Source: Octopus vulgaris
Taxonomy: Eukaryota
Assembly (NCBI GenBank): GCA_951406725.2
Contig: OX597817.1
Span: 26,102,001-26,166,000 of the forward strand
Reading direction: 5' to 3'
DNA length: 64,000 bases
The notes under the pieces are model-generated. The model was not told the origin of the DNA and ran no database searches. It saw only the letters and a program-made list of their open reading frames with translations. The position numbers were made by a program, and so were the translations under genes. How positions within the stretch are numbered: position 1 is the stretch's first letter; the number at the start of each line of letters is the position of its first letter. Shown here in pieces: positions 13,364 through 26,832 of the stretch.

Positions 13364-13772
13364 TAGGCGTAGGAGTGGCTGTGTGTGGCTGTGTGGTAAG
13401 TAGCTTGCTAACCAACCACATGGTTCCGGGTTCAGTCCCACTGCGTGGCATCTTGGGCAAGTGTCTTCTGCTATAGCCCCGGGCCGACCAATGCCTTGTG
13501 AGTGGATTTGGTAGACGGAAACTGAAAGAAGCTTGTCGTATATATGTATATATATATGCGTGTGTGTGTGTATATGTCTGTGTGTCTGTGTTTGTCCCCC
13601 TAGCATTGCTTGACAACCGATGCTGGTGTGTTTACGTCCCCGTCACTTAGCGGTTCAGCAAAAGAGACCGATAGAATAAGTACTGGGCTTACAAAGATTT
13701 GCTCGACTAAAGGCGGTGCTCCAGCATGGCCGCAGTCAAATGACTGAAACAAGTAAAAGAGTAAAAGAGAGA
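13364..13772 (+). mobile_element. SINE family A, near full length
   Basis: A box tggctgtgtggtaag, B box ggttcagtcc, CORE-like cttgggcaagt, (agtaaaag)n tail. Confidence 0.92.
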
Positions 13773-14352
13773 GAGAGAGAATATTACCTGTGTAAAAGTT
13801 AAGGAACCTGCATGGCAGCGTAATTAAAAAGTTTGTTCATAACTATGTGGTCTCAGGTACAGTTCCACTGTGTGGAAGCCTACTTTTATAGCTATATTTA
13901 TATAATATGAATACAAATGCACATACATACATGCTTATATACACCACCCTACATATATATGTTTTTACTTTAAGCAGTGTAAGTGAATCATCAGGCCAGC
14001 AGGCCAGCTGTTTGATAAGTGCCAATGCACAAAATTTTTAGCTTTGCAGACACTCTGCTGCTTCTGTTAAATATTAATAAACTATATGTGAGTGTGTGTG
14101 ATGGTCGGGTATGTGATTGTTCTGCATATTTGCTAATATGTGCCAAAAAGTAGCTGTGATCTAAAATAATCACCAGACTTTAAAATAACTAACAAAGTCA
14201 ATATAATGGTTAAAACTGTCAAGTTGGTGCCCAGAATGGCCAAAGTTTAAATGATGGAACAAATAAAAAAAAAATCAAAATATACCTGATATATTACACT
14301 AATATACCTTACTAGTAACTTAATGTCTTTTTAAATTTCAAAATAAAAAGCC

Positions 14353-14400
<48 letters not shown>

Positions 14401-14881
14401 CAGTTAACTAATAGATACTAACATTGAAGTCAGTATCAAATTTGTTTCTAGTGAAATACTTTAATCTTTAGGAAGCTACATATAACATCTTACTTAAAAT
14501 ACTTGGAGCAAGAATTCATTGAGTTTAAATATTACTCAAAGTGACACTCCTGATTATAAATTGGCAGGAACTTTGGATTTAGTTTTTGAAATTTTTCTCA
14601 AGACTACACAAGTGAAAAAAAAAATCACTTTTTTCGTTTCCAGTATTCAGTTACTCAGTAACACATAAACTCTGGCACCCCTATCTCAATTACTCTGAAA
14701 GTGGCTTCATGTAAAACGTATAGCACATCAAAACTTAACCAAACAGATTGTTAGAGAATGTAAACACTTCAATATCCACTTGTTTAACTTGGGTTAATAA
14801 AAAAGAATGCGTATGTGAGTGTATGAGTAAATGTACATACATACACACACACAAATATATACATATATCTGTGTGTGTATG

Positions 14882-14921
14882 TATATGTATATGTATATAC
14901 ATGTATATATATTTGTGTGTT

Positions 14922-14960
<39 letters not shown>

Positions 14961-15094
14961 GCAGACACACACACAAATATATATACAAACACATATATAT
15001 ACACACATATACATTATATAAATATATATATATATATATAATGTATATGTGTGTATATATATGTGTTTGTATATATATTTGTGTGTGTGTCTGC

Positions 15095-15133
<39 letters not shown>

Positions 15134-15168
15134 AACACACAAATATATATACATGTATATACATATAC

Positions 15169-15173
<5 letters not shown>
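14882..15173. repeat. ~290-bp palindrome of compound microsatellite centred on (AT)n
   Basis: Irregular motifs (catgcagacacac, caaacacatat) are mirrored exactly around 15012-15043. Confidence 0.9.
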
Positions 15174-15207
<34 letters not shown>

Positions 15208-16689
15208 CGTACACACACACATACATACACAGATACACACTCACTCACTCATACACAAGCACATACACATATAGTGAGATGGACTGAGAGACAGTGAAGC
15301 CAAAATAATGCAAATGAATAGTAAATACTTTTACAGAGGAAAATATATTGATCTAATTACGATGTTAGTTAAAGAAGAATATTGTCTGGATAGTTATGTA
15401 AGATATCTATGGGATTGTGCAGTACAGCAGTAGTAAATTAGATACTATTGACGAATTTAGCCAGAGACCATCAGGTTTTGGAACCGACTAATCTGGCAAG
15501 ATACAATCACTGCACTAATATTCTTTGGGGTTTAGATGATAATACTCTGCCAGAATTCCTCAGACAATAACCAGGAAATAGAGCCATGAGCATAGGATGC
15601 TATACCTTATTGATTGAGCTTCGATTTCTCAGAGGTATAAATGGAAGACTTTTTAGTTCAGGTATGTTTCTCTTAACTGACATTAAGGTTTGACCTTTTC
15701 CTAAACTTTATTTTTATTTTTACTTAAGTAGATTCGGGCTAAATGTTGACAATAGAAATAGAATGCTTCTTCATAATCTATAACTCTATTATTATCCTGA
15801 AGGACCCTAAATTACCTAAATCAAGTTAATAAATTGATTAAAGCACATTCAGTTTGTATTAAATTTAGAAACTAGTGGAATAGATTTTTATAGTACATTA
15901 CCTGGCAGCATTAATTGTTGATAAGGATTTTTACCTTTTTTTATATATATATATTTTATATATTTATTTTATCAAACTTTTTGTGTTACGAAGCAAAATT
16001 ACTTTACTAAATCCTGCATGTATTGTTAGGGAAAATATATCCATGGCACTCCTATTACTCAAGGGTAGGGTAAAGGTCTTTCACTTTGCTACATGTTATT
16101 TGATCCAGAACAATCTTAGAGCAGCACAAAGTATTGTGGTTGCTGTTATTATTTTCGTTGCTGTTGTTTAACCCCAGGCCAGACTGACTTATGGTCAGTC
16201 ATTTAAATTATGACCGTTTTATCTTTTTCCAGATATAGAGTATCTACGACCTTATCTAATGTGCCCTTCCTTTATTTTATTTATTTTTTTTCATTTTAGT
16301 TTTAAAATGGTATGATTTGATTTAAGGGAAATACTATTCTTAACATGCTGTTCAACTATGGTAGAAAATTTTTTTCCTTGGTTCATTGTTGTTGTCCAAG
16401 CTAATTTTGCTTGTTCATTCAAGAAAACAGCATGATATGATTAAACTTAACACTGAAGAACCAGCAACAATGAAGTTGTTTGGAGGCTTATTTTGAATAA
16501 TTCAAGCTCAAATGACTTCATGAGAATGAATGGACAACCTTTCCTTTCTATTGTAATAACACAAGCAAGGTTATTCAGAACTACTTGTTAATCAATTTCA
16601 TAAAAATTATTATTTACATAGTTCATGGCAATGATTGACATTAAACTGGTTTCAAATTTTAGAACTAGGCCAGCTAAAGCAAATTCGAT

Positions 16690-17141
16690 GACTGGCATCC
16701 GTGCTAGTGAAGTGCTATGAGTACCATACAAGTGAGATCGTTGCCAGAGCAACAAGCTGGCCTCTGTGCCGATGGCACATTAAAAATACCTGCGTTACCT
16801 GCGTCGCCTTACTAGCACTTGTGCTGGTGGCACGTGAAAAAACATTCGAGCAAGGTTTGTTGCCAGTGCCACCTTGACTGGCTCCTGTGCAGGTGGCACA
16901 TAAGAAGCACCATTTGAGCATGGCTGTTGCCAGTACCACCTGACTGGCCCTCGTGCCGGTGGCGTGTAAAAGCTCTCACTATCCTCTCGGAGAGGTTGGT
17001 GTTAAGAAGAGCATCCAGCTGTAGAAACTCTGCCAGATCAGACTGGAGTCTAGTGCAGCCATCTGGTTCGCCAGTCCTCAGTCAAATCGTCCAAACCATG
17101 CTAGCATGGAAAGCGGACGTTAAACAATGACGATGATGATG
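16690..17141 (+). mobile_element. SINE family C with upstream ~60-bp tandem units
   Basis: Units gccag..ctggc..gtgcNggtggcac.taaaagcacc precede the body and (GAT)n tail. Confidence 0.85.
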
Positions 17142-17300
17142 AAGTTGATTGCAATGACCCCAGTACTCATTGGCACTTTATTGACACTGAAAGTATGAAA
17201 GGCAAAGTTGACTTTGGTAGAATTTGAGCTCAGAATGTAAAGACAGATAAAATGCCACAAAGCATTTTGCCCAGCATGCTTATGATTCTACTAGCTCACA
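17142..17300 (-). mobile_element. Degenerate SINE family B
   Basis: atgaaaggcaaagttgact...gaatttgagctcagaa. Confidence 0.7.
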
Positions 17301-17772
17301 CTTTAATGATTTATATCATATTAAAACACAGTATATTGTAGACATCGATCACTTATAGATATTACTATAGCTTAGTTTTTTACTTTAGACCAGCTAAGCC
17401 TGATCCAGTAAGTGAATGAAAGTCAGTGAAACAAAAGCTTCCTACGTTGGCATACATTATCCAGTGTCATTTATTTTTCTTTTTAAAAGTAGTTAGAAGA
17501 ATTCAAATACATAAAAGCACCAAATGAGCATTATTTCAGAAGAATTTGCTTTTGCATATTCTTTATACTTCAACAGTTTCTGATTAGAGTCTTACATAGT
17601 TGGCTTCAAGCACTCAAAATTCAATGAGGTTTCACAATATTATGTATCTAATAATTTCTTACCAGATATGAGAACCTATCCCAACACAAGTTTTGTCATT
17701 GGGAGTATTTAAACTCATTAATTTTTGTCTTTAGGAATATTTAAGAATCAAAACACATGTATGTGTGTACAC

Positions 17773-17803
<31 letters not shown>

Positions 17804-18980
17804 CATACATACACACAACAGTTATACAATATTCTTATTATTTTTCATTAAACTACACATTCATATGATACCTGTTGCAGATAGAAGGATCTAATTTTTA
17901 AAATTATTTTGATGGTGGGAAGATGGTAAACTTCATCCATTACCTGGATAACTCAATGACCCTTGGGTAACTTTTGTAGACATCACTCTTTTGCAACAAT
18001 TTTGGCAGGATTTATTTTTTTGAAGTTAACTTCCTCTCAATAGCCTCAAAGTTTCTTATAATATTTGAGAATATAGTTCATGACATTTATAAGAAGACCA
18101 ATTAATTATAGATGGTTATCTTATTAGATGACTCATTAACTATAACCATCACCTGCAAGAGATAATAACTTGGTAACATGTGCTATAGTTTTGCTGATGG
18201 TTTCTGACATTCTCTATTCCTTCCCCATTCTTGGTATCAAATGGAACATCCAAGATTTAACAGATAGGGGAAGAAACCTGTACAAGCATTTGGTTTGCAC
18301 TTATTTTCAATTGAAGAAACTAGAAAAACAAGAAATGAAGTATATTGCTGAAGGATAGAACATGATCTTAAGGTCATGCTGTTGATTCCTGGATTGCTTT
18401 ATCCAAGAATCAAACCTATGATTTTTATGTTTGGAAGCTCACCACCCTACTGCCAAGGCCACGTGCTTCCCTTTGACTGAGCAACAAAGAAAAACAGATT
18501 GCAGTTGAAAATGCTTTTAAAAAGAAATAAAATTTCTTCTAAAAAATAGGAAAATATAAAAAGCAGCTCTGTCAGCAGCCTCTACTAATCCTGATGTCAT
18601 AGGTTGTTTAGATAATATTTTCTACTTAGCATTTGGCCCTGCGTACTTAGAGAATTAATATTGTCATAACCTGAGATAACATTGGCATATATCTTCAATA
18701 ATTTAACAACTGATAATTTACTTAACTTTGTTCCCATTCCAGGTCACAGTATTTTTGTTTATTACAAAATAGTTATTAAGTTATCTATTTTTTCTTTCTT
18801 TTTATCGTAGAGCTTAAAAATCTAACTGCATATAATTTCTGCAAAATATCATAAACTTACCCCTAAAAATTCTAGCCATCTTCTGTACATCCAGAATATA
18901 TACTTCAGCCCTTACAAAGGAGGAATAAGACTCATAATGCAATGCAGCTTCCACATCTGAGAAGATGTTCCTGCTACATA

Positions 18981-19638
18981 TGCAGGAGTGGCTGTGTGGT
19001 AAGTGGCTTGCTTACCAACCACATGGTTCCGGGTTCATTCCCACTGTGTGGCACCTTGGGCAAGAGTCTTCTACTATAGCCTCAGGGTGACCAAAATCCT
19101 TCTGAGTGGATTTGGTAGATGGAAACTGGAAGAAGCCCGTCATATATATAAATATATATATGTAAAGGCGGCGAGCTGGCAGAAACGTTAGCACACCGGG
19201 CAAAATGCTTAGCGGTATTGCGTCTGTTGTTGCGTTCTGAGAACAAATTCCGCCGAGGTCGACTTTGCCTTTCATCCTTTCGGGGTCGATAAATTAAGTA
19301 CCAGTTATGCCCTGGGGTCGATATAATCGACTTAATCCGTTCGTCTGTCCTTGTTTGTCCCCTCTATGTTAAGCCCCTTGTGGGCAATAAAGAAACATAT
19401 ATATATGTATGTGTGTCTGTTTGTGTGCCTCTGTTTGTCCCCCACCCCAACTTCGCTTGACAACTGATGTTGGTGTATTTATATCCCCGTAACTTAGTGG
19501 TTCGGCAAAAGAGACCGATGGAATATGTACTGGGCTTATAAAGAATAAGTCCTGGGGTCGATTTGCTCGGCTGAAGGCGGTGCTCCAGCATTGCGACAGT
19601 CAAATGACTGAAACAAGTAAAAGAGTAAAAGAGTAAAG
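18981..19638 (+). mobile_element. SINE family A carrying a nested SINE B
   Basis: Both halves of family A flank the insertion at 19165-19396. Confidence 0.9.
19165..19396 (+). mobile_element. SINE family B with 13-bp TSD, nested in SINE A
   Basis: TSD atatatatatgta at 19152-19164 and 19397-19409. Confidence 0.9.
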
Positions 19639-19848
19639 ATCTCTAACTGTATTCCCCAACAAGTGAACAGATTAGAAGCAATTGCTCTCTCATGCACTCT
19701 AAGTTGTATGTATTTCACAGAATGCTGCATCTCCGCTCTACTGTTTCTGCTGCAACTACAATAGTTTTCTCTTGTCTATTCTTATATTGCCCCACTAAGG
19801 TGTGGCAAACTCACCCATTTCTCCTTGTCACCCATATTGTATTTATAT

Positions 19849-20082
19849 AAGGCGGCGAGCTGGCAGAATCGTTAGCATGCCAGGTGAAATGCTTAGCAAT
19901 ATTATGTCTGCCGCTACATTCTGAGTTCAAATTCCGCCAAGGTCAACTTTGCCTTTCATCCTTTCAGGATGGATTAAATAAGTACCAGTTATGCACTGGG
20001 ATCGATATAATCGACTTCATTCGTTTGCCTGTCCTTGTTTGTCTTCTCTGTGTTTAGCCCCTTGTGGGTATTAAAGAAATAG
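19849..20082 (+). mobile_element. SINE family B
   Basis: Full length; probable TSD gtatttata. Confidence 0.9.
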
Positions 20083-20825
20083 GTATTTATAATCTCCAGC
20101 CTTAACACTACTCACTTCATCCAGTCCTTCTTCTCCAGAACATTAATTTTCTGGAATTCCATTCTTATTCATGTAGGTATCAACCTGCAGTAGTTCAAGA
20201 AAAACATCACTCACACTGATATTACCAATTTCAGAGGGTTTGTAAATGTGCTATGAAGACAATCTCTTCTTTCTCCATATACAAAAACCATAAAATTTTC
20301 AAAGAAATAGTTTAGTGTTCACCAGCAAATTTTACTTAATTTGTGTTACTTTCTTTCATATCAGCTAAAATAGTACATTTTAAAGTTTATTAATTTCAAT
20401 TTCATATTATGCAATTTTAGTAAGTCCATGTCAGTTTAGAGTTTAGATTTGAATTAGTTTTTTTTTGTGTTCTGAGTTTCTTCTATGCTGTAGAATTATC
20501 CAATAATTGATTAATCTGATTATGAAAATTATATCATGCCAGTTTTATCATTGCCAGTATGCAAAATTTAATTCCATTTTAATCTTGTTTTAAATAAATA
20601 TTTTTAAAGTTTCTTTCCACTTTTTTCCAATTTATAAGTATGTTTTTTTCCATGTTTATGAATGGATTTGTGGTTAATAAGTTTGTTTCTCAACTATGAG
20701 GTTTGGGTTCAGTTCCACTGTGTGGTACCTTGGGCAGGTTTCACCTACAACAGCCCTAAGCCAGTAAATGCTTTATATTGGAATTTGGTTGTGAGAAACT
20801 GTATGAACCTGTTGCATATGTACAC

Positions 20826-20866
<41 letters not shown>

Positions 20867-21145
20867 TGTGCAAAAATAATATAAGGCATTTAGACAGAAA
20901 AAATAAAAGGCAGTTTGACATGGAGAAATAATTAAAGCACTGAAAAATAATTATAATTCAATAAATTATGTAAAAAGAAGAATTAATATTGACACAGAGG
21001 TACCAATGCTTTTCTTTTTCAACTATTTAGAAGGGTATAATCGATTATATCAAGTGTAGTATCTGAATGATATTTTATTTTACCAGTCCCAGAAGAAATA
21101 AGAACAAAGATATTCTCAGGAAGATTTAAACTCAACATGGATATG

Positions 21146-21470
21146 GTGCAGGAGTGGGTGTGTGGTAAGTAGCTTGCTTACTAGCCACATGGTTCGAGGT
21201 TCAGTCCCACTGCATGGCACCTTGGGCAAGTGTCTTCTACTATAACCTCAGGCCCACCAAAGCCTTGTGAGTGGATTTGGTAGATGGAAACTGTAAGAAA
21301 CCCATCATATGTGCGCGTGTGTGTGTGTGAGTGTGTGTGTGTTAGTATGTCTGTATTTGTCCCCCACTCCTCCCTGCCTCCATCGCATGACAACTGATAT
21401 TGGTATGTTTATGTTCCCATAACTTAGCGGTTTGACAAAAGAGACCGATGCAATAAGTACTAGACTTACA
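21146..21470 (+). mobile_element. SINE family A, 3'-truncated
   Basis: Matches family head and body. Confidence 0.85.
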
Positions 21471-22339
21471 TGGATTTAATCAGTGGTTCTACAGACTCTT
21501 CCATTCACTTTTGACATAGGAGAAAATAATATAACGGTTATTTCAGTGATCTCTTAGTTTTTCCAGCCAACCACCCAATTTAGAAACGTTATATTGTTAT
21601 TAGCAAGACAGAACAGTTCTTTTTATTTCTTTTCTTTTCTTTATTCAAGAGATATTTTCTAATAAATGTTCAAATAGGATTTAAGTTTAAATTCAGCATA
21701 TATAACTGAATAAACTGAATAAAGTTGTATTTCTTTACAATAATTGTTTCCACAATACAAAAAAGAAAATTGGATAAACATTTCCTGTTAGATTGAAACT
21801 AAGATTAGGAGTTGTTTCATGAATAAAGTTATCTGTATTGAAACTGAAAACTTCATAGCATTTGTAATATGTGTAAATCTTATAATTTGGTATTTCAGTA
21901 AACTTAGTTTGTAGTGCTCATACTTTAGAATGGTTATTTGGTGGTAGTAATTATACAGATTGAAATATTTTTTTTGAGGATAAATTATTTTGTATTGGTA
22001 AAGTTTTGAAGTTTTGCCTTATGAAAATTAAAGCAGCTTCTAATACATGATGGTATTATTCTTCTATTATATGTAGTATGTCTACACAAGCTGAGATATT
22101 ATTTGGTAGGTGGTTAAGCTTTCCAATATCTTAGTCTCTATTCTTCAGAGTTTTCATTTTGTCAGTAATGACATTAGAGTGTATCTTATCTCCTTCATCC
22201 CTTATGTGTTATTCCTTATTATTCACTATGTACACATGTGCACAAGCACACACACACACACCACATGCATACATACACACATCACTCAGTCGTTCTTCAG
22301 CAGTATTCAAGAATTGGAAAATTGTATTTATGATACCCA

Positions 22340-22795
22340 TACTGGTGGCACATAAAAAGCACCATCTGAACGTGACTGATGCCAGCGCCACCTGACTGGC
22401 GTCCGTGTCAGTGACACGTAAAAAGCACCAACCGATCGTGGCCGTTTGCCAGCCTCCTCTGGCTCCTGTGCCAGTGGCATATAAAAAGCACCATCTGAAC
22501 GTGGCTGATGCCAGAGCCACCTGACTGGCGTCCGTGTCGGTGACACATAAAAAGCACCAAATTGATCATGGCTCTTTGCCAGCCTCCTCTGGCCCTTGTA
22601 CCAGTGGCATGCTAAAAGCACCCGCTACACTCATGGAGTGGTTAGCATTATGAAGGGCATCCAGCTGTAGAAACACTGCCAGATCAGACTGGAGCCTGGT
22701 GCAGCCTCCTGGCTTCCTAGACCCCGATCAAACCATCCAGCCAATGCTAGCATGGAAAACGAATGTTAAATGATGATGATGATGATGATGATGAT
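22340..22795 (+). mobile_element. SINE family C with 4-5 upstream ~60-bp tandem units
   Basis: Two alternating unit types (loops cgccacctga / cctcct), then body and (GAT)n. Confidence 0.88.
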
Positions 22796-24149
22796 ATACA
22801 GCCGATTTTTGTCCAAATATCTATGAATTAATCTTTACATTTTTAAAGATGTTTTCCAAAAAACGAATTTTGTAATGTTTTTTTGTTGTGTTTGTTTAGC
22901 CCTGTGTTGACCACGAAGGATCTTATATATGATCAAAAGTATTGTAGTTCTGTTGAGGATAGGCCAAGGTAGGAGTTACCTAAAATAAAGAAGGAGTGAA
23001 ATATAAACAAAATGACGCATGATTGCTACCGAAATATAAATCAAAATTGAGACAGAATTGCCTGGTGTTGCTTGGAATTTCCTGGTGCAGAAAGAGAGAG
23101 GGAGAGAAAGAGAGAGAGACAAATATCCGTCAAATGTAAATAATGTCTTTCTTGGGATTTTGTTAATTATTTCTTGGACTTCAGTGCAAAGTTATGTTCT
23201 CTGGTGGTATTAGAACCATGTGCATGTATTTTGGATTAAGCTACTGATGATGAAACCCTATCAGCATCATCCAATTCCTTTCAAACTTCAACAATGAAAG
23301 ACCAAGTAATTTTCAAGAAGTGAGCTATCTCTATATCACAATGCTGTGCATTTAAGGCAATGATTACAGCGTGCTTTTTCCTTTGCTGAATCAACCTGAC
23401 GTCTGATGTTATTTGTTTGGAAAGTAAGATACAAAAAATGCAAGTTAGAAGAAAGTTAGAGCTTTTGAAAAGGTGTCCTCAAAATGTTAACACATCTTGT
23501 ATATATATAAATACACACACACACACACATATATATATGTGTATAAATGTATTTATATATAGTAGATATGCATACTTATGAATATTTATTACTTTTATAA
23601 AACATGTATGTACATATATATATTTTCATATTGAACACACTCACACACACACACAAACACACATATATATACATATACATGTGTACACATACTACAATTT
23701 GCCTTGTATGAGTTTTAATATATGTGTCTATGTATGTATAAATGCATGCATGTGTGTGTGTGTGTTCACATGTGAGTATGCATATATATTTGAAGATACA
23801 TATATATATATATTATCATATTTACTTAAAGCAAAGAATGAGATTAAGTTCATAATACAATCTTATTTTCTGTTTTGGAATTTCCAACACTCTTAGAAAA
23901 GATAAACTTTACTTAAACCAATTAGATGTGCTGAAAACTATGTCATACAGAAATAGATGACTTCATACCATCTTTATATACATTTATTATTACATTTCCT
24001 TGACTGTTTATGGCCATTACCACTTTGTGTACTGGAAAGAATTAGATTAATATTCCCCAACTATATGATTACAAATAAATGTTTACTCTTTAGTCACACA
24101 TTCCTCAGTTACCTCCACTCAATTTCAGGTAAAGAAACCTGTGAATGAA

Positions 24150-24740
24150 GTATTTTCTCTTATAACTCTTGGAAATCCTTTCCTCTGCATATTTTTTCTG
24201 CCTACAACTTAATGAAATGGTGTATAATTTATAGATATTTTCAACCTCTAAAATATCAGAATTATGCCTACAAAAGCCTTGCCAATATTCTTGCATAGTA
24301 CGAGGAAAGAATTGTGGCTTTGAAAAACTGTGCCAATCAGATCATGGAAACTGGATTACTTTGATAGATGGATGATTGAGAGTACTAAGCATGCTTTCCG
24401 GAATGGTAAAATCTTCCACAATTCATCAACAGAAGTGGTATGTGCTGACATATTGTACTCTACTTAGTTTCATCAAAACAAGGGTTTCTGGTTGAACTGA
24501 CTTTGCCATGCGAAAGCAGAATAGATGAAACCCTCAGCAATTAACCTAAGAAATATGTCAATTGAGCCAACAACTTGTGAGAATGTGATTTCCGAGCTGA
24601 AGCAAAATGGGTTTGGGAGTAAATCTTCTAATGATCTTAGGAAACAGCTCTCAATTTCTGGTAAAAGAGAATCAGAACCCTAGAAACAATGGAAATATCA
24701 GCTGAAAAGAGTACCAATGGGATCTGGTGAAGGAGAATGA
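24150..24740 (+). mobile_element. HERO-like non-LTR retrotransposon C-terminal remnant (RLE)
   Basis: FLVELTLPCESRIDE (~24485-24529) and SAEKSTNGIW (~24698-24727) resemble ELTVPWE and AAERASxWLW motifs; heavily decayed. Confidence 0.6.
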
Positions 24741-25769
24741 AACAGAACTTGAGAAAGCATAATTTACCTTGTGTACAACTGGTGTCCCCTACTGAAGTGG
24801 TTACAACATTCAAAGCGACTCAGCTTTTGAGCACTTGACCATCCAGAAAGCTGCAAGATAGAATATAATAATAGTTTTACAAAATGTGGAAGCAAAAGGG
24901 CATCCAAAATACATGGCCTGGATGCAATCCCTCTCCTTTATAGTCTAAGGAATCAAAAGCTGAATTACTTGCATAAGTGGAAGGGCTTCTTCTCTTAATG
25001 CCATCTGTTGTTCAACTCCCTTTAAAGTTTCTTACAGTCTCAAAACCTCCTTACATGTTTTACCCAAATTTGTGCAAATAATTCCTTCTCTATCAAAACC
25101 TTGTACTTAAGTATTTCTATCAATGGAGAGTGGTAGTGCATGTGTGTATGTGTGTGTGTGTGTGTGTCTGTATGTATCTGTGTGTATGTGTACTTAACCT
25201 ACAATAGTTTAGCTGTTATTATGATGTGTAATAAATGCATTTAGATAACTGTAAGCAAATATCATTTTTATCCTTTATGTTTTCCATAGAAAATTAAAGA
25301 TTGGCCATGACTAGCTTTGTTTTGATCAGGGGTAAGATTATTTTATTACCATAAGTATCTTATATACCATGAGATAATCATTGTTTCTCAAACTTTTTAA
25401 ACTAATGTTCCTGTTCTTTTGTTAACACCTTGCCAATGCCCTCCACACCACATTATAATTCAGTAAAATTAAATATGCCGCATGTACAAATGCATATATG
25501 CACATATACAAGTCAGGGTGTGTCTTAAGGACACAGATGCTGTAACTCTCTTTACTGCTTGCTTAGAAATACCCCAAAAGTTTAGTAATGATGTTTAATT
25601 TAAACTTTTGGCTATTGTTTATAATTTACATGTGTAGGAAGTATTTTATGGGCTAAAATATTTTTAAGGATTTAAGGATTCACATTTTGAAGTCAGTTAT
25701 TATTGTTGATTATCATGGTTATTGTCTTTACCATTGTTGTAACACAGGTTAATTTAATCATACGCTTTT

Positions 25770-26172
25770 ACCCTTTTGCTTGTTTCAATCATTTGACTGT
25801 GGCCATGCTGGAGCACTGCCTTTAGTCAAGCAAATCGACCCCAGGACTTATTCTTTGGAAGCCTTGTACTTATTCTATAAGTCTCTTTTGCCGAACTGCT
25901 AAGTTACAGGGACGTAAACACACCGGCATCAGTTATCAAGTGATGTTGGGGGAAAGAGACAAGCACAGACACACAAACAGATACACACACATACACACAT
26001 ATATATATACATATATACGACAGGCTTCTTTCAGTTTCTGTCTACCAAATCCACTCACAAGGCTTTAGTTGGCCCGAAGCTATAGTAGAAGACACACAGT
26101 GCCACACAGTAGGACTGTACCCGGAACCATGTGGTTCATAAGTAAGCTATTTACCACACAGCCACTCCTTTG
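25770..26172 (-). mobile_element. SINE family A
   Basis: Matches family. Confidence 0.9.
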
Positions 26173-26647
26173 CCAATAATTATATTTAAATTTCTTTTAA
26201 AATAAATGTAAATTTCTTTCAAAGTAAACATAAATATGAGGTAAAAACTAAAATAATCAAAAAAATATGCATGAATGCATCTTTTCCCCTCTCTGTGACT
26301 CCCTTAGTCCATAGTATACTTATAAAATCTTCCCCTTCCCTGCCAAGGGGACAATATTGCCCACTTTGAAAAGCACTGTCATAAACTGGTCATCTGACCT
26401 TATCTCAAGATGTGACTTTGTAGAATCTCCATTTTATTATTCTTACAAGATCTTAAATGACATCAATATTTCATCATTCTTTGAAGTAAGAAATACAGTC
26501 TAAAACAGAATTATGGATTTCTTTTCGCTTTTCCAAGTTAAGTTTTATTAATTAGATTCATGTGAATGTAACCAATAAAACTTGAAGGTTTAAGACAATT
26601 ATTTGAACCAGTGCTACAGAGTAAATTATAACAAGCAGTAAGCAGTT

Positions 26648-26832
26648 CTATATTTAAGAGATGGGAATTATATACATTATTTACATTCAACGGATATTTG
26701 TCCTCATCTTGTTTGTTGAAATTTCCCCAAGACACCTGAAGAAAGCTGTAGGGTTTATCAGCTGAAACGTTGTGATAACAACAAACAAGATGAGGACAAA
26801 TATCCGTTGAATGTAAATACTGTAAATAATGT
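26648..26832 (+). mobile_element. 185-bp fold-back insertion with central hammerhead and 14-bp TSD (PLE-derived)
   Basis: TSD agcagtaagcagtt 26634-26647 and 26833-26846; perfect 41-bp inverted repeat 26678-26718 / 26779-26819. Confidence 0.88.
26733..26774 (+). ncRNA. Minimal type I hammerhead ribozyme
   Basis: cac CTGAAGA a agctg-tagggtttat-cagct GAAAC GTT gtg; palindromic aacgtt in place of stem III. Confidence 0.85.

Noticed and set aside
15338-15661. ttttacag...caggtatg bounded segment resembling an exon
   Set aside because: Stops in all three frames; at most a non-coding exon, unsupported without RNA data.
22430-22500. gccagcctcctctggc resembles the HDV ribozyme P3/L3
   Set aside because: No consistent P1, P1.1 or P2 pairing could be built.
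23245-23300. CTGATGA followed by tgaaac, hammerhead-like
   Set aside because: No stem II between core halves and no matching stems I or III.
25379-26378. Possible hAT/Charlie-type MITE ends (cattgtttctcaaac / tttgaaaagcactg)
   Set aside because: Imperfect TIRs and no 8-bp TSD.
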